Origin: Chthoniobacter flavus | Lineage (GTDB): Bacteria > Verrucomicrobiota > Verrucomicrobiia > Chthoniobacterales > JACTMZ01 | DNA length: 64,000 bases | Assembly (NCBI GenBank): GCA_945870655.1 | Contig: CAMBSX010000001.1 | Location: 7,363-71,362 of the forward strand | Direction of reading: 5' to 3' | In this document: positions 47,187-56,756 of the stretch, piece by piece | Position numbering within the stretch: the first letter of the stretch is position 1 | How the letters are laid out: each line of letters starts with the position of its first letter | Notes under the pieces: generated by a model | Seen by the model: the letters and a program-made list of their open reading frames with translations, nothing else | Told to the model about the DNA's origin: nothing | Database searches by the model: none | Program-made: the position numbers and the translations under genes

Positions 47187-47999
47187 CTAGACCGTGATGT
47201 CGCCTTCAAAGACAAAATCCGCGGGCCCGGTCAGGACGACATGCGAGAAGCCCTCGCCGTCGCGGAGGAAGTCGACCGTGAGGGTGTCGCCGCCTTTGAC
47301 TAGCACGTGGACGGGTGATTCCGCGCCGGTGAGCGCGGCGAGAGTGAGGGCACTGGCCACCACTCCGGTGCCGCAAGCGAGGGTCTCCGCTTCGACGCCG
47401 CGCTCGTAGGTCCGGATGGCGAGGTCTTGAGGGCCCAGTTGCCGAACAAAGTTGACATTGGTCCCACGGGGCTGGAAGTGATGGTGATGGCGAAGGGCGG
47501 CGCCGAGCGGGTGGACGTCGGTGTCTTCGAGTTGTTCCACGAGAACCACGGCATGGGGGACGCCGGTATTAATCGAGTAAACAGTGAGGGTTTGTCCGCC
47601 CGCCTCGAGTTCCACACCGGGGGCGAAGGAACCGGGCTGGCTCATGCCGAGGGAAACTGCGTTGCCGCGGAGGGTGGCGGAGATGAGGCCGGCGGGGGTT
47701 TCGAAGGTGACGGTGCCGTGGTTGGCGGGCGCAAGTTGGTTGACGAATCGGGCAAAGCAGCGGGCACCATTGCCGCACATTTCGGCTTCGCGACCGTCGG
47801 CGTTGTAGTAGCGCATACGAAAGTCGCCTTGGGCTGCGGGCTTTTCAACGAGGAGAAGTCCGTCGGCCCCGACACCGCGGTGGCGGTCGCAAAGGCGGGC
47901 AATTTGGGCGTCGGTCAGAGCGAGTGAGCCGTCGCGGTTGTCGAGCAGGACAAAATCATTGCCGGCGCCGTTCATCTTTTGGAAGTGCAGGATGGGCAT
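47187..47999 (-). CDS. dapF: Diaminopimelate epimerase
   Basis: ORF 47187..48107 trimmed to ATG 47999 (MPILHFQKMNGAGNDFVLLDN ... EMCGNGARCF ... LACGTGVVA). Both catalytic Cys motifs are present. Confidence 0.9.
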   Translation of the reverse strand: MPILHFQKMNGAGNDFVLLDNRDGSLALTDAQIARLCDRHRGVGADGLLLVEKPAAQGDFRMRYYNADGREAEMCGNGARCFARFVNQLAPANHGTVTFETPAGLISATLRGNAVSLGMSQPGSFAPGVELEAGGQTLTVYSINTGVPHAVVLVEQLEDTDVHPLGAALRHHHHFQPRGTNVNFVRQLGPQDLAIRTYERGVEAETLACGTGVVASALTLAALTGAESPVHVLVKGGDTLTVDFLRDGEGFSHVVLTGPADFVFEGDITV

Positions 48000-48093
48000 C
48001 GGGGGATTGTCATTGAGGAGTGAGAGAGGTGTCAATCGCGGGTGGATTGGGGGGGGCTTTGCCCGGAGGTGAGGCCGGTGGCAGTGTTGGGGG

Positions 48094-48219
48094 ATGAAGC
48101 CGGCCATTGATCCGGAGCTGTTGAAGAATCCCTTGTTTATCGAGTTGATGGAAGAGGGTTTGGTTATTCAGCATCAGTTTAGTGCGGAGCCCATTGATGC
48201 TCTAACGGGGAAAAGCTAA
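48094..48219 (+). CDS. Orphan 41-codon ORF in low-GC patch (doubtful)
   Basis: MKPAIDPELLKNPLFIELMEEGLVIQHQFSAEPIDALTGKS. It is below the ORF-track cutoff and found by hand. Its composition looks protein-like, but I recognise no family. Confidence 0.15.
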   Translation: MKPAIDPELLKNPLFIELMEEGLVIQHQFSAEPIDALTGKS

Positions 48220-48287
48220 TTGAAGGACACGGGAGTTGTGGATTTGTAGACAATCAAAAATTCGAAGCGGGCCAATCGGGCTTGAGC

Positions 48288-48497
48288 ATGAAGGTTGTCA
48301 GGCCATGGCTGGCTTTGTTTGATGGAGACATTGTCACGGCGCAAAACATGGTGCTCTGCGAGGCGAAGACCGCCGTGTACAAACCGACGTCCGATGGAGA
48401 TGACGCGACCAAAGCTTTGTGGGACTCGCAGCACACCGCAGCGATGGGCTTGGAGGAACTGGTTGACCTTTTCCGTCGCGCCCACCGCAGGCGCTAA
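48288..48497 (+). CDS. Orphan 69-codon ORF in/next to low-GC patch (doubtful)
   Basis: ORF 48282..48497, ATG at 48288: MKVVRPWLALFDGDIVTAQNMVLCEAKTAVYKPTSDGDDATKALWDSQHTAAMGLEELVDLFRRAHRRR. It runs opposite to both flanking genes. I recognise no family. Confidence 0.25.
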   Translation: MKVVRPWLALFDGDIVTAQNMVLCEAKTAVYKPTSDGDDATKALWDSQHTAAMGLEELVDLFRRAHRRR

Positions 48498-48614
48498 GAT
48501 CAGTCGGTTGCTGGGGCGACCCGTCTGGCAAAGCCTCGGCTGACCATTGCTACACGTGTGGACTAACGGCCGGCGCCGGCGAGCTGTTGGGTTCGCGGCT
48601 CCGAGTGCCGCAGC

Positions 48615-51086
48615 TCATGACTCGAAGAGGTCGAGTTGGTCGGTGAAGGCGCGGAGTTTGTGGAGGCGGGGGCGCTTTTCGGCTAACGCCGGTTTGCCTT
48701 CGGCGGTCAGTTCGGAGTTCTCGAGGTTGGTCAGGATTTCCCGCGCGCGCTTGAGGATGGGCTCGGGGAGGCCAGCCAGCCGCGCGACTTGGATGCCGTA
48801 ACTTTGGTCGGCGGGGCCGGGGATGATTTTGCGGAGGAAGATGATTTCGTCGTTCCATTCGCGGACCGCGATGTTGCAGTTGGTCACTCCGGGGCGGGTG
48901 CGGGCGAGGTCGGTCAGTTCGTGGTAATGGGTGGCGAAGAGGGTGCGGCAGGCGGTGATGTCGTGAAGATGCTCGGCCACGCTCCACGCGATGGAGAGCC
49001 CGTCGAAGGTCGAGGTGCCGCGGCCGATTTCGTCGAGGATGACCAGACTGCGGTCGGTCGCATTGTTGAGAATGGCGGCAGTTTCGTTCATTTCGACCAT
49101 GAAGGTGGATTGCCCGCGCGCGAGATCATCGGTAGCCCCGACCCGGGTGAAGATCCGATCGACGATCCCGATCTCGGCGTGTGCTGCGGGGATAAAGCTG
49201 CCGGTCTGGGCGAGGAGGACCAGTAGGGCGACTTGGCGAATGTATGTGCTTTTTCCGGCCATGTTGGGACCAGTGAGGATGACTAGTCGGTGGGCTTCGG
49301 TGTCCAGTGCGGTATCGTTCGGGACAAAGCGCCCGGAGGCCATGGTTTGGTCGAGGACGGGGTGGCGTCCGTCGGTGATGGTGATCGCGCCACTCGCGGT
49401 GACGGTCGGCCGGATGTAGCGGAAGGTCCGGGCGGTTTCAGCGAATCCGGCCAGGGCATCGATTTGCGCAACGGCGCGCGCGGTGTCCTGGAGTGGTGCC
49501 AGTTCGGTCAGTACGGCCGCGCGGAGTTGACCGAAAATTTCAGCTTCGAGGGCGCGGGCCCGTTCTTCGCCGCCGAGGATGCGGCCTTCCATTTCCTTCA
49601 ACTCGGGGGTGATGAAGCGTTCCGAGTTGGCGGTGGTTTGCTTTCGCGTGTAGTCGCCGGGGACTGAGGCGAGGTTGGCTTTGGTAACTTCAAGGTAGTA
49701 GCCGAAGACGGAGTTGTAGCGGATTTTGAGTGATTTGATGCCAGTCCGGGTGATTTCGCGGTCCTGCAGGTCGGCGATCCAGCGGCGGCCCTCGGTCCCG
49801 GCGCGGCGGAGCTGGTCGAGATCCGTGTCGTGTCCCTCGCGGATCATGCCCCCTTCGCGTGTGGTGGGCGGAGGATCGTCGACCACGGCAGATGCAAGGA
49901 GCTCAACCAACGAATCGAAGGTGTGGAGGCCGCCGGCAAGGCCGAGAAGAGGGGAGCTGTTGCTTTCAGCGAGGGTGGCGCGGAGGGACGGGAAGAGGGC
50001 GAGCGAAGATTTCAGCGCGATAAGGTCGCGGGCGTTGCCGGAGGCAAGGCTCAGGCGGGAAACGGCGCGCTCCATATCACGGATGTCACGGAGGATGTCG
50101 CGCACCGCGGCAAGAAGGGGCGGATCATCATGGAAGGCGGCAACAAGGTCTTGCCGGTGGGTGATAGCGGCAAGATCGCGGAGTGGATGAAGGATCCATT
50201 CACGCAGGAGCCGTGTGCCCATCGGGGTCAGGGTGCGGTCAACCGCGCCGCGCAGGCTGGTGCCCTCGGGGCTGCGGGACTCGACGAGTTCGAGGTTGGC
50301 TTGCGTGACGGCGTCGAGAAGGAGGTAGGATGAGGCGTGCCAGGGTCTCGGGGGCATGAGGTGCCGCGCGTCACGGCGAAGGCTGCGCGTGATGTAGTGG
50401 AGGAGGGCTCCAGCGGCGCGGGTGCCGTGGGGCAGACCTGTGCAGCCAAAGCCGTCGAGGGACTGAACGCCGAAATGCTCGAGAAGCAGGTCGGTGGCCT
50501 GGTTGAGTTCGAAGGCGAAGGCGTCGTGCGGCGTCGCGGGGAGCGAGAATGCGGGGACCGCGGCCAAATGGTCAGGAATGAGGAGTTCGCTCGGCTGGAG
50601 CCGGGCAAGCTGGTCGGCCAAGTGCTCGGGAGATGCGATTTCGGCCAGACGGAATTCACCGGTACTCAGGTCGAGCCAGGCGAGGCCGGTCGATTTTTTG
50701 TCGGGGCAGACGGCGACCAGATAGTTGTGGCGGTTTTCCTCGAGTCCGAAATCGTCAAGAGTGCCGGCACTGAGGATACGGGCGATTTCGCGGCGGACGA
50801 GTTTGCCCGGGGTGACCTCGCCGACCTGGTCGCAAATGGCGACACGTTTGCCGGCTTCGACCAGTTTGGCCACATAAGCGCGCGCGCTGTGGCAGGGGAC
50901 ACCGCACATGGGCGTCCCCCCGCGCTTGGTCAGAGCGACATTGAGAAGGACGGACGCCTCGCGGGCATCGTCGAAAAACAATTCGTAAAAGTCTCCGAGG
51001 CGGAAGAAGAGAAGCGTGTTGGGCGGGAGACCGCGGCGGATGTCCTGATACTGGCGCATCATGGGGGTGAGCTTGGGGTCAGACAT
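48615..51086 (-). CDS. mutS: DNA mismatch repair protein MutS
   Basis: MSDPKLTPMMRQYQDIRRGLPPNTLLFFRLGDFYELFFDDA (mismatch-binding domain). Walker A is ILTGPNMAGKSTYIRQ. Also DEIGRGTSTFDGLSIA and FATHYHELT. Confidence 0.95.
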   Translation of the reverse strand: MSDPKLTPMMRQYQDIRRGLPPNTLLFFRLGDFYELFFDDAREASVLLNVALTKRGGTPMCGVPCHSARAYVAKLVEAGKRVAICDQVGEVTPGKLVRREIARILSAGTLDDFGLEENRHNYLVAVCPDKKSTGLAWLDLSTGEFRLAEIASPEHLADQLARLQPSELLIPDHLAAVPAFSLPATPHDAFAFELNQATDLLLEHFGVQSLDGFGCTGLPHGTRAAGALLHYITRSLRRDARHLMPPRPWHASSYLLLDAVTQANLELVESRSPEGTSLRGAVDRTLTPMGTRLLREWILHPLRDLAAITHRQDLVAAFHDDPPLLAAVRDILRDIRDMERAVSRLSLASGNARDLIALKSSLALFPSLRATLAESNSSPLLGLAGGLHTFDSLVELLASAVVDDPPPTTREGGMIREGHDTDLDQLRRAGTEGRRWIADLQDREITRTGIKSLKIRYNSVFGYYLEVTKANLASVPGDYTRKQTTANSERFITPELKEMEGRILGGEERARALEAEIFGQLRAAVLTELAPLQDTARAVAQIDALAGFAETARTFRYIRPTVTASGAITITDGRHPVLDQTMASGRFVPNDTALDTEAHRLVILTGPNMAGKSTYIRQVALLVLLAQTGSFIPAAHAEIGIVDRIFTRVGATDDLARGQSTFMVEMNETAAILNNATDRSLVILDEIGRGTSTFDGLSIAWSVAEHLHDITACRTLFATHYHELTDLARTRPGVTNCNIAVREWNDEIIFLRKIIPGPADQSYGIQVARLAGLPEPILKRAREILTNLENSELTAEGKPALAEKRPRLHKLRAFTDQLDLFES

Positions 51087-51245
51087 GAAGCGGCAAATTT
51101 AGCGACCGGGACGGAAGATGGGAATCGCAGAGCGCGCAGCGGGCCGACGTATTGTGCTTGCGGGCGTGTGCTGGGGAGTGAAGAGCACGTCAGAACATCA
51201 TGATCCGGCTTGCGGCCGTGGCGAGGCATGGGCAGCTTTGGGGGT

Positions 51246-52709
51246 ATGCGGGAACGTGGGTTGAGCAGGGCGGGGCGGGTCGGCCTAGTTTTGGGGCCCC
51301 TTATCTTGGGGGCGGTGCTTCTGACCGAGCCACCGGGTTCCTTGAGTGTCGCGGGATGGCGGACGGCCGGGGTGGTGGGGCTGATGGCGGTTCTGTGGAT
51401 GACGGAGGCTATTCCGATTCCGGTGACCGCACTGCTGCCGCTTGTTCTGTTTCCATTACTCGGCGTAGCGTCCTTCAAAGATGCGGCCGCGCCGTTCGCC
51501 AATCCGGTGATTTACCTTTTTCTCGGTGGCTTTGTCCTTGCTTTGGGTTTGCAGCGATGGCGCCTGCATGAGCGGGTAGCACTGTGGATTGTGGGACAGA
51601 CCGGGTCGCGGGTCAGCCGGGTGCTGGCCGGGTTCATGGTGGCAACAGCCTTTGTCAGCCTGTGGATCAACAATAGCGCGACGACCGTAATGATGTTGCC
51701 CATGGCGGTTTCGGTGGCGGCTTTGTTGCGGGGACGCATGGGTGGTGAAGAAAAGGCGCGCGAGGAGGTCGGGTTGACCCTCATGCTCGGCGTGGCCTAT
51801 GCGGCCAGCATCGGCGGGGCCGGGACCTTGATCGGCACGGCACCGAACGCTTTTATGGCCGGGTTTCTGCGCGAGAATTACGGGCTGCAGATCGGGTTCG
51901 GCCAGTGGATGTTGATCGGGGTGCCTCTGGTTGTGGTCGGCATTTTTCTGACCCACGCGGTTTTGGTGCGCGTGTGCCTCACGGACCGAAAGTTGGGGGT
52001 AGCCGGCTTGCGCGAGGAGGTACGGGCAGAGTTAGTAAAATTGGGCGGGTGGTCACGGGGAGAGGTGCTGGTGGCCGTGGTGTTTTGCTCGACCGCGGCC
52101 CTCTGGCTGGCCCAGCCTTTGCTCCAACCGTGGTTGCCCGGGGTGTCGGACGCGGGAATTGCCATGACGGCGGCGGTCGCGCTGTTCTTGATCCCGGTGG
52201 ACTGGCGACGTGGGGAATTTGTTTTGTCGGGGCGAGACCTGCAGCATCTACCTTATGGGGTACTCATTTTGCTCGGTGGTGGCTTGAGTATGGCCGAGGC
52301 GGTCGATCGGACAGGGTTGGCGGCGTGGCTGGGTGCATTGACTGCCGCCTGGCAAGGGTTGCCCATTGTCCTCGTGGTGGTTCTGGTCACGGTGGTGATC
52401 TTGTTTTTAACCGAACTGACCAGCAACACAGCGACAACGGCCACATTTTTGCCGGTGGTGGCCTCGGTCGCAGTCGGAATGGGTCAGGCCCCGCTGGCGC
52501 TTGTGTTGCCGGCGGTGATGGCTGCGAGTTGTGCTTTTATGCTCCCGGTGGGAACCCCGCCCAATGCCATTGTCTTTGCCAGCGGTCTGGTGCCATTGCC
52601 GCAGATGATGCGGGTGGGAATCTTGGTCAATTTGGTTTTTGTCCTCCTGATTCCGGTCGTGGTGTTTACTCTAGCCGGGTGGGTCTTCGGCATTGCATGG
52701 GCCGGATGA
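51246..52709 (+). CDS. SLC13/DASS-family anion:sodium symporter
   Basis: ORF 51210..52709 trimmed to ATG 51246. It is polytopic with duplicated hairpin motifs (SLWINNSATTVMMLP and ELTSNTATTATFLPV; PVGTPPNAI), characteristic of DASS transporters. Confidence 0.85.
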   Translation: MRERGLSRAGRVGLVLGPLILGAVLLTEPPGSLSVAGWRTAGVVGLMAVLWMTEAIPIPVTALLPLVLFPLLGVASFKDAAAPFANPVIYLFLGGFVLALGLQRWRLHERVALWIVGQTGSRVSRVLAGFMVATAFVSLWINNSATTVMMLPMAVSVAALLRGRMGGEEKAREEVGLTLMLGVAYAASIGGAGTLIGTAPNAFMAGFLRENYGLQIGFGQWMLIGVPLVVVGIFLTHAVLVRVCLTDRKLGVAGLREEVRAELVKLGGWSRGEVLVAVVFCSTAALWLAQPLLQPWLPGVSDAGIAMTAAVALFLIPVDWRRGEFVLSGRDLQHLPYGVLILLGGGLSMAEAVDRTGLAAWLGALTAAWQGLPIVLVVVLVTVVILFLTELTSNTATTATFLPVVASVAVGMGQAPLALVLPAVMAASCAFMLPVGTPPNAIVFASGLVPLPQMMRVGILVNLVFVLLIPVVVFTLAGWVFGIAWAG

Positions 52710-52846
52710 GGGGGCGCAGGCATGGGCGCCAGTAGGCAGCAAGAAGAAGGCTCCATGGGCAGTACCTTGGCGTGAAGAACGCGGCAAAGTGGTGATGTGC
52801 TTTTGGAGATCGGGGAAGGCGCCAACTTGGGCAGGGCTATTTGCGC

Positions 52847-53590
52847 TTAAGGCGCAGAGAACTCGACTTGCAGGGTGACTTCGCGGGTGAGGACCGTTTC
52901 ACCGCCTTCGATGTCAAGTTCGGGCAATGGTGCCGCGTCGGCCGCCATCATCATGGCCGCGCGGGGCATCGGACGCGGGTCGAAACGTCCCCCGGTTGCA
53001 TCGACGCTGCGAATGCCGGCCCATTTGAGTTTGAGAGCTTCCAGCAGGGTCCGGGCTTGAACTTCGGCATCTTGGGCGGCAAGGGTCAGCGCCTCATTCT
53101 CGGCCGCACGGCTGCTTGCGTCCGCGGGACGCGTGGTCATGTTCGAAACGGAGTTGGCACCGGCATCCATCATGGAGGAGATCAAGCGCCCGGCCTCCTC
53201 GACGGGGGACTCGAAGCTGACAACGACTTGTCCGAGGTATCCGGTGATCTTGGGCGGTTGAGAGTGCTTCCCGGCCTCGGGCTGGATTGGGCTGAACTGG
53301 GGACGAATGTTCACTGCAGTGGTCTCGAGGCGTTGGACCTTTTCCTCCGACTTCAAGGTGGTAAGGACAGATTGGGAGCGGCGGGTGACTTCCTCGCGCA
53401 CGGCGGCTTCCCCGGGGCCGGCGGCTTCGAAGCCGAGATGGATGACCGCCACGGTGTTCGGAACCCGGACTTCGCCGCGGCCCTGCACGGTGAGAAATGG
53501 TGCTTCGGAGGTCGCGGGCCGGGGTAGCATCTGCGCCTGCAGTGACGCGGCAGCAGTGAGCAGCAAGAGGAGGGCGGAGGAATGTGTCAT
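52847..53590 (-). CDS. SIMPL (DUF541) domain periplasmic protein
   Basis: It has a signal peptide (MTHSSALLLLLTAAASLQA). LTVQGRGEVRVPNTVAVIHLGFE ... A.ENEALTLAAQDAEVQARTL ... V.LQVEF matches the SIMPL pattern. The start overlaps the stop of the upstream CNNM gene. Confidence 0.75.
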   Translation of the reverse strand: MTHSSALLLLLTAAASLQAQMLPRPATSEAPFLTVQGRGEVRVPNTVAVIHLGFEAAGPGEAAVREEVTRRSQSVLTTLKSEEKVQRLETTAVNIRPQFSPIQPEAGKHSQPPKITGYLGQVVVSFESPVEEAGRLISSMMDAGANSVSNMTTRPADASSRAAENEALTLAAQDAEVQARTLLEALKLKWAGIRSVDATGGRFDPRPMPRAAMMMAADAAPLPELDIEGGETVLTREVTLQVEFSAP

Positions 53591-54639
53591 GTCCGGGCGG
53601 CGGGCAGGTCAGGGGTGCTTTGGCGCTGGCGTCCGCGACGCCGGGCCAGAGCGCGCATGTCAACAGCGACATCGTCTTTCTCGTAAATCTCACGACCGAT
53701 CAAGTGTTCGATGATGTCCTCGATGGAAACCACCCCGACGAAGCCCCCGTATTCGTCGACAACGGTGGCCATTTGCTGGTTGGCAGCAAGGAGGGTCTGC
53801 AAAGCGCTGGCCGCCGTGGCCATCTCGGGCACAAAGGAGACGGGTTGTTGCAGATCCTTGATTTTGCGTTCTCCTTGCCCGGTAGCAATGCTGTGAAGGA
53901 TATCGCGGCGCCGGGCCAGACCGGTGATTTCGTCGAGGGTCCCCGAATGCACGGGCATGCGGCTGAACCGAATGGAAGGGTGCTCGGCGAGGACGTCGGC
54001 TGCCGTTTGGCTATCTTCGAGGGTCACAACGACGTTGCGCGGAGTCAGGATGTCGGCGACCCGCGTGCTGGAAAGGCTCAGCGCGTTGTGGATGAGATCG
54101 CGTTCGCCCCCGGTGAGGGTACCTTCACGGGCGCCTTTTTCGGCGAGGAGAACAATTTCACGGTCGGACGCCCCATCCTCTGGTTTGCGCCGGATCAGGG
54201 CGCGGACAACAAGGTTGCAGAGGTGGGTGAGAGGACGGAGCACCCGGCGCATCCAATAGAGCGGGTAGGCGGCATGCTTTTGCAGGACGGCGCGGTAAAC
54301 CACGCCGAGGTTTTTCGGAATGACCTCCGAGATGACCAAAATGCCGAGGGTCATCAGTGCCGAGACCAGGCCGAGGGAAGCGTCTCCAAAAAGGCGGGTG
54401 GCGATGCCTCCTACCATCACCGCCCCAAGCGTGTTGGCGATGGTATTGAGGGTCAGAATGGACGAAATGGTTTCCTCCATGTGATCCCTCGAGTCCTCGA
54501 AAAGCTTCCCGCGGCGCGGGTTGCGTTCTTTCAGGGCCTCCACTTCGGCCGTGGTCGTGCTGAGAAACATGGCCTCAAGGAGAGAACAGAAAAAGGACAC
54601 ACCGAGGGTAAAGGCCACGGCGAAGGCAAGAGCAGTCAT
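53587..54639 (-). CDS. CNNM/DUF21 transmembrane domain + CBS-pair protein (hemolysin-family, putative divalent-cation transporter)
   Basis: The N-terminal DUF21 helices read FFCSLLEAMFLS ... TLNTIANTLGAV ... VISEVIPKNLG. A CBS pair follows (VADILTPRNVVV..., ATVVDEYGGFVGVVSIEDIIEHLIG). There is no CorC_HlyC tail. Confidence 0.85.
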   Translation of the reverse strand: MTALAFAVAFTLGVSFFCSLLEAMFLSTTTAEVEALKERNPRRGKLFEDSRDHMEETISSILTLNTIANTLGAVMVGGIATRLFGDASLGLVSALMTLGILVISEVIPKNLGVVYRAVLQKHAAYPLYWMRRVLRPLTHLCNLVVRALIRRKPEDGASDREIVLLAEKGAREGTLTGGERDLIHNALSLSSTRVADILTPRNVVVTLEDSQTAADVLAEHPSIRFSRMPVHSGTLDEITGLARRRDILHSIATGQGERKIKDLQQPVSFVPEMATAASALQTLLAANQQMATVVDEYGGFVGVVSIEDIIEHLIGREIYEKDDVAVDMRALARRRGRQRQSTPDLPAART

Positions 54640-54744
54640 CGGATGCTCGCGATCATAGGCGAGGCCGATAGGGGTCGCAATGGTTTGTGCCTTGACTCGG
54701 AGGGTGGGACAGAGACTGTTTGGGATCGCGACGCTGTTTTCTCT

Positions 54745-56586
54745 ATGAAAAGCCGTTTTTTACCCCTGCTTATTTTTGTTTCCCTAGCCCATGCCGAAGA
54801 GGCAAAGCCCTTGCTCAATAATGTTCCCGATTGGGGCAAGTCGGCTGTGTGGTATCAGATTTTCCCCGAACGCTTCCGCAATGGTGATCCCTCCAATGAC
54901 CCCACGCGCGAGACTCTGGAAATGCATTTCCCGAATGTGGGTGGATGGCGGGTCACCCCGTGGACGGGCGATTACTTCGTCCGTGAAGAGTGGGAAAAGG
55001 CGATCGGAGACAGCTTTTACGAGAACGGCGTCTTCCACCGGCGTTACGGCGGTGACCTGCAGGGTGTGATCGACAAGCTCGACTACCTGCAAAATCTGGG
55101 GGTCACGGCGATCAAGCTCAATCCGGTTTTTTACGGGCGTTCGCAGCACAAATACGATGGCAACTCGTTCCACCACATTGATCCGAATTTTGGCCCTGAC
55201 CCGGAAGGTGACTTGGAGATCATCCGCCACGGCGGGGAAACGGATGATCCGGCGACTTGGAAGTGGACGGCTGCGGACAAGTTGTTCCTCGAGCTGATCA
55301 GAAAAGCGCACGACCGCGGGATCAAGGTGGTTATCGATGGGGTTTTCAACCATGCGGGGCGCGACTTTTTTGCGTTTCGCGATATCCGGATCAATGGCGC
55401 GTCATCACCGTACGCCGACTGGTTCACTGTCCAATCTTTCGACGATCCGGAGACGCGTCGGAATGAATTGCGGGTCACGGGTTGGGCCGGATTTTTCACC
55501 TTGCCCGAATTCCGCAATAATGCGGACGGCAGCGATCTCCACCCGGGGCCGAAGCAATACATTTTCCATGCCACCAAGCGTTGGATGGATCCGGATGGTG
55601 ATGGCGATCCGGGCGACGGCATCGACGGCTGGCGGCTCGATGTGTCGGAGGAGGTGCCGGACAAATTCTGGCGCGAGTGGAATGCGCTGGTTTTCCAAAT
55701 CAACCCCCAGGCCATCACCATCCCAGAGGTGTGGACCAATGCGGCGGACTACCTCAAGCGGACCGGATTTTCCGCGGCCATGAACTACTATGCCTTCGCC
55801 ATGCCGGTGAAAGCTTTCCTCATCGACAACAGCATCAAGCCATCCGCCTTCGGAGCACTCCTCAACGAGCGCCGTGACCAGTTTTCGGATGATGTGCAGC
55901 TGGCGCTGTGGAATTTGACCGATTCGCACGACACCGACCGCCTGTCGCAAATGATCATCAACCGCAATCCTGCCGGCCAATACAAAAACGTGGAAAAGTT
56001 CGACTATGACGAGCCGGGTAATTCAGCGCGGAGCAATTCCGGGTACCAGGTTCGCGCGCCTGCCGAGGAAGAACGCGCGATCCAGCGCTTGATCACGCTG
56101 TTCCAGCTCACCTATGTCGGCGCGCCGATGTTTTATTATGGCGTGGAAGCAGGCATTTGGGGCGGGGATGACCCGGACTGCCGCAAGCCGATGCCATGGC
56201 CTGATCTGCAAATGGAAATGGAGAAAACCGACCCCATCGGACGCGCACGCGAGGGAGACGATCCGAACTTCGACCAAGAAGTGCATGGTTTCTACCGCAG
56301 GGCCATAGCGCTGCATGCGGATCATGCAGCCTTCAAGACGCCGGAATTTTCCGTTTTGGTGGCCGAGGACGAGAAGAACGTCTTGGTCTACAGCCGTGGG
56401 GCAGGTGATGACCTGCGCGTGGTGGCTCTGAACCGTTCGAACCGGGAGCAGACCGTCCCGCTCACGGAGGGCCAGGGGGAGATTCTTTTTTCCACGGGTA
56501 GTGAGAAGGGGGCGGTTTTGCGTGCAGATGAGGGCAGTGCCCGCTTGCTCACCTTGCCGCCGCTCACCGGTGTGGTCCTGCGGTAA
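54745..56586 (+). CDS. Secreted GH13 alpha-amylase-family glycoside hydrolase (neopullulanase/cyclomaltodextrinase-like)
   Basis: This is the last 613 codons of ORF 53584..56586, starting at ATG 54745 (MKSRFLPLLIFVSLAHA, signal). GH13 regions: WYQIFPERFRNGD, VIDGVFNHAGRDF, DGWRLDVSEEV, ITIPEVW, NLTDSHDTDR. Confidence 0.9.
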   Translation: MKSRFLPLLIFVSLAHAEEAKPLLNNVPDWGKSAVWYQIFPERFRNGDPSNDPTRETLEMHFPNVGGWRVTPWTGDYFVREEWEKAIGDSFYENGVFHRRYGGDLQGVIDKLDYLQNLGVTAIKLNPVFYGRSQHKYDGNSFHHIDPNFGPDPEGDLEIIRHGGETDDPATWKWTAADKLFLELIRKAHDRGIKVVIDGVFNHAGRDFFAFRDIRINGASSPYADWFTVQSFDDPETRRNELRVTGWAGFFTLPEFRNNADGSDLHPGPKQYIFHATKRWMDPDGDGDPGDGIDGWRLDVSEEVPDKFWREWNALVFQINPQAITIPEVWTNAADYLKRTGFSAAMNYYAFAMPVKAFLIDNSIKPSAFGALLNERRDQFSDDVQLALWNLTDSHDTDRLSQMIINRNPAGQYKNVEKFDYDEPGNSARSNSGYQVRAPAEEERAIQRLITLFQLTYVGAPMFYYGVEAGIWGGDDPDCRKPMPWPDLQMEMEKTDPIGRAREGDDPNFDQEVHGFYRRAIALHADHAAFKTPEFSVLVAEDEKNVLVYSRGAGDDLRVVALNRSNREQTVPLTEGQGEILFSTGSEKGAVLRADEGSARLLTLPPLTGVVLR

Positions 56587-56756
56587 TCTTGAATTCAGCG
56601 CGTCCGGGAGTGTGGTGTGAGCAGATCTCGGGCCTTCGCCGGTCGGCGTTGTTCAGAGGGAGGTCTGCGCACGGTGATGAGGCTGCGTGAGTTCCTCGGG
56701 CCAACCGGGACGGCTCTGCCCGGCGGTTCCCGGACTGTTGACTCGAACCTACAAAT

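Noticed and set aside
53584-54744. The first ~387 codons of the 1000-aa plus-strand ORF 53584..56586.
   Set aside because: This part is the antisense shadow of the clearly real CNNM/CBS gene (53587..54639, minus). Its translation is Gly/Arg/Ala-rich with no motifs. The genuine GH13 gene starts at the internal ATG 54745 with a signal peptide.
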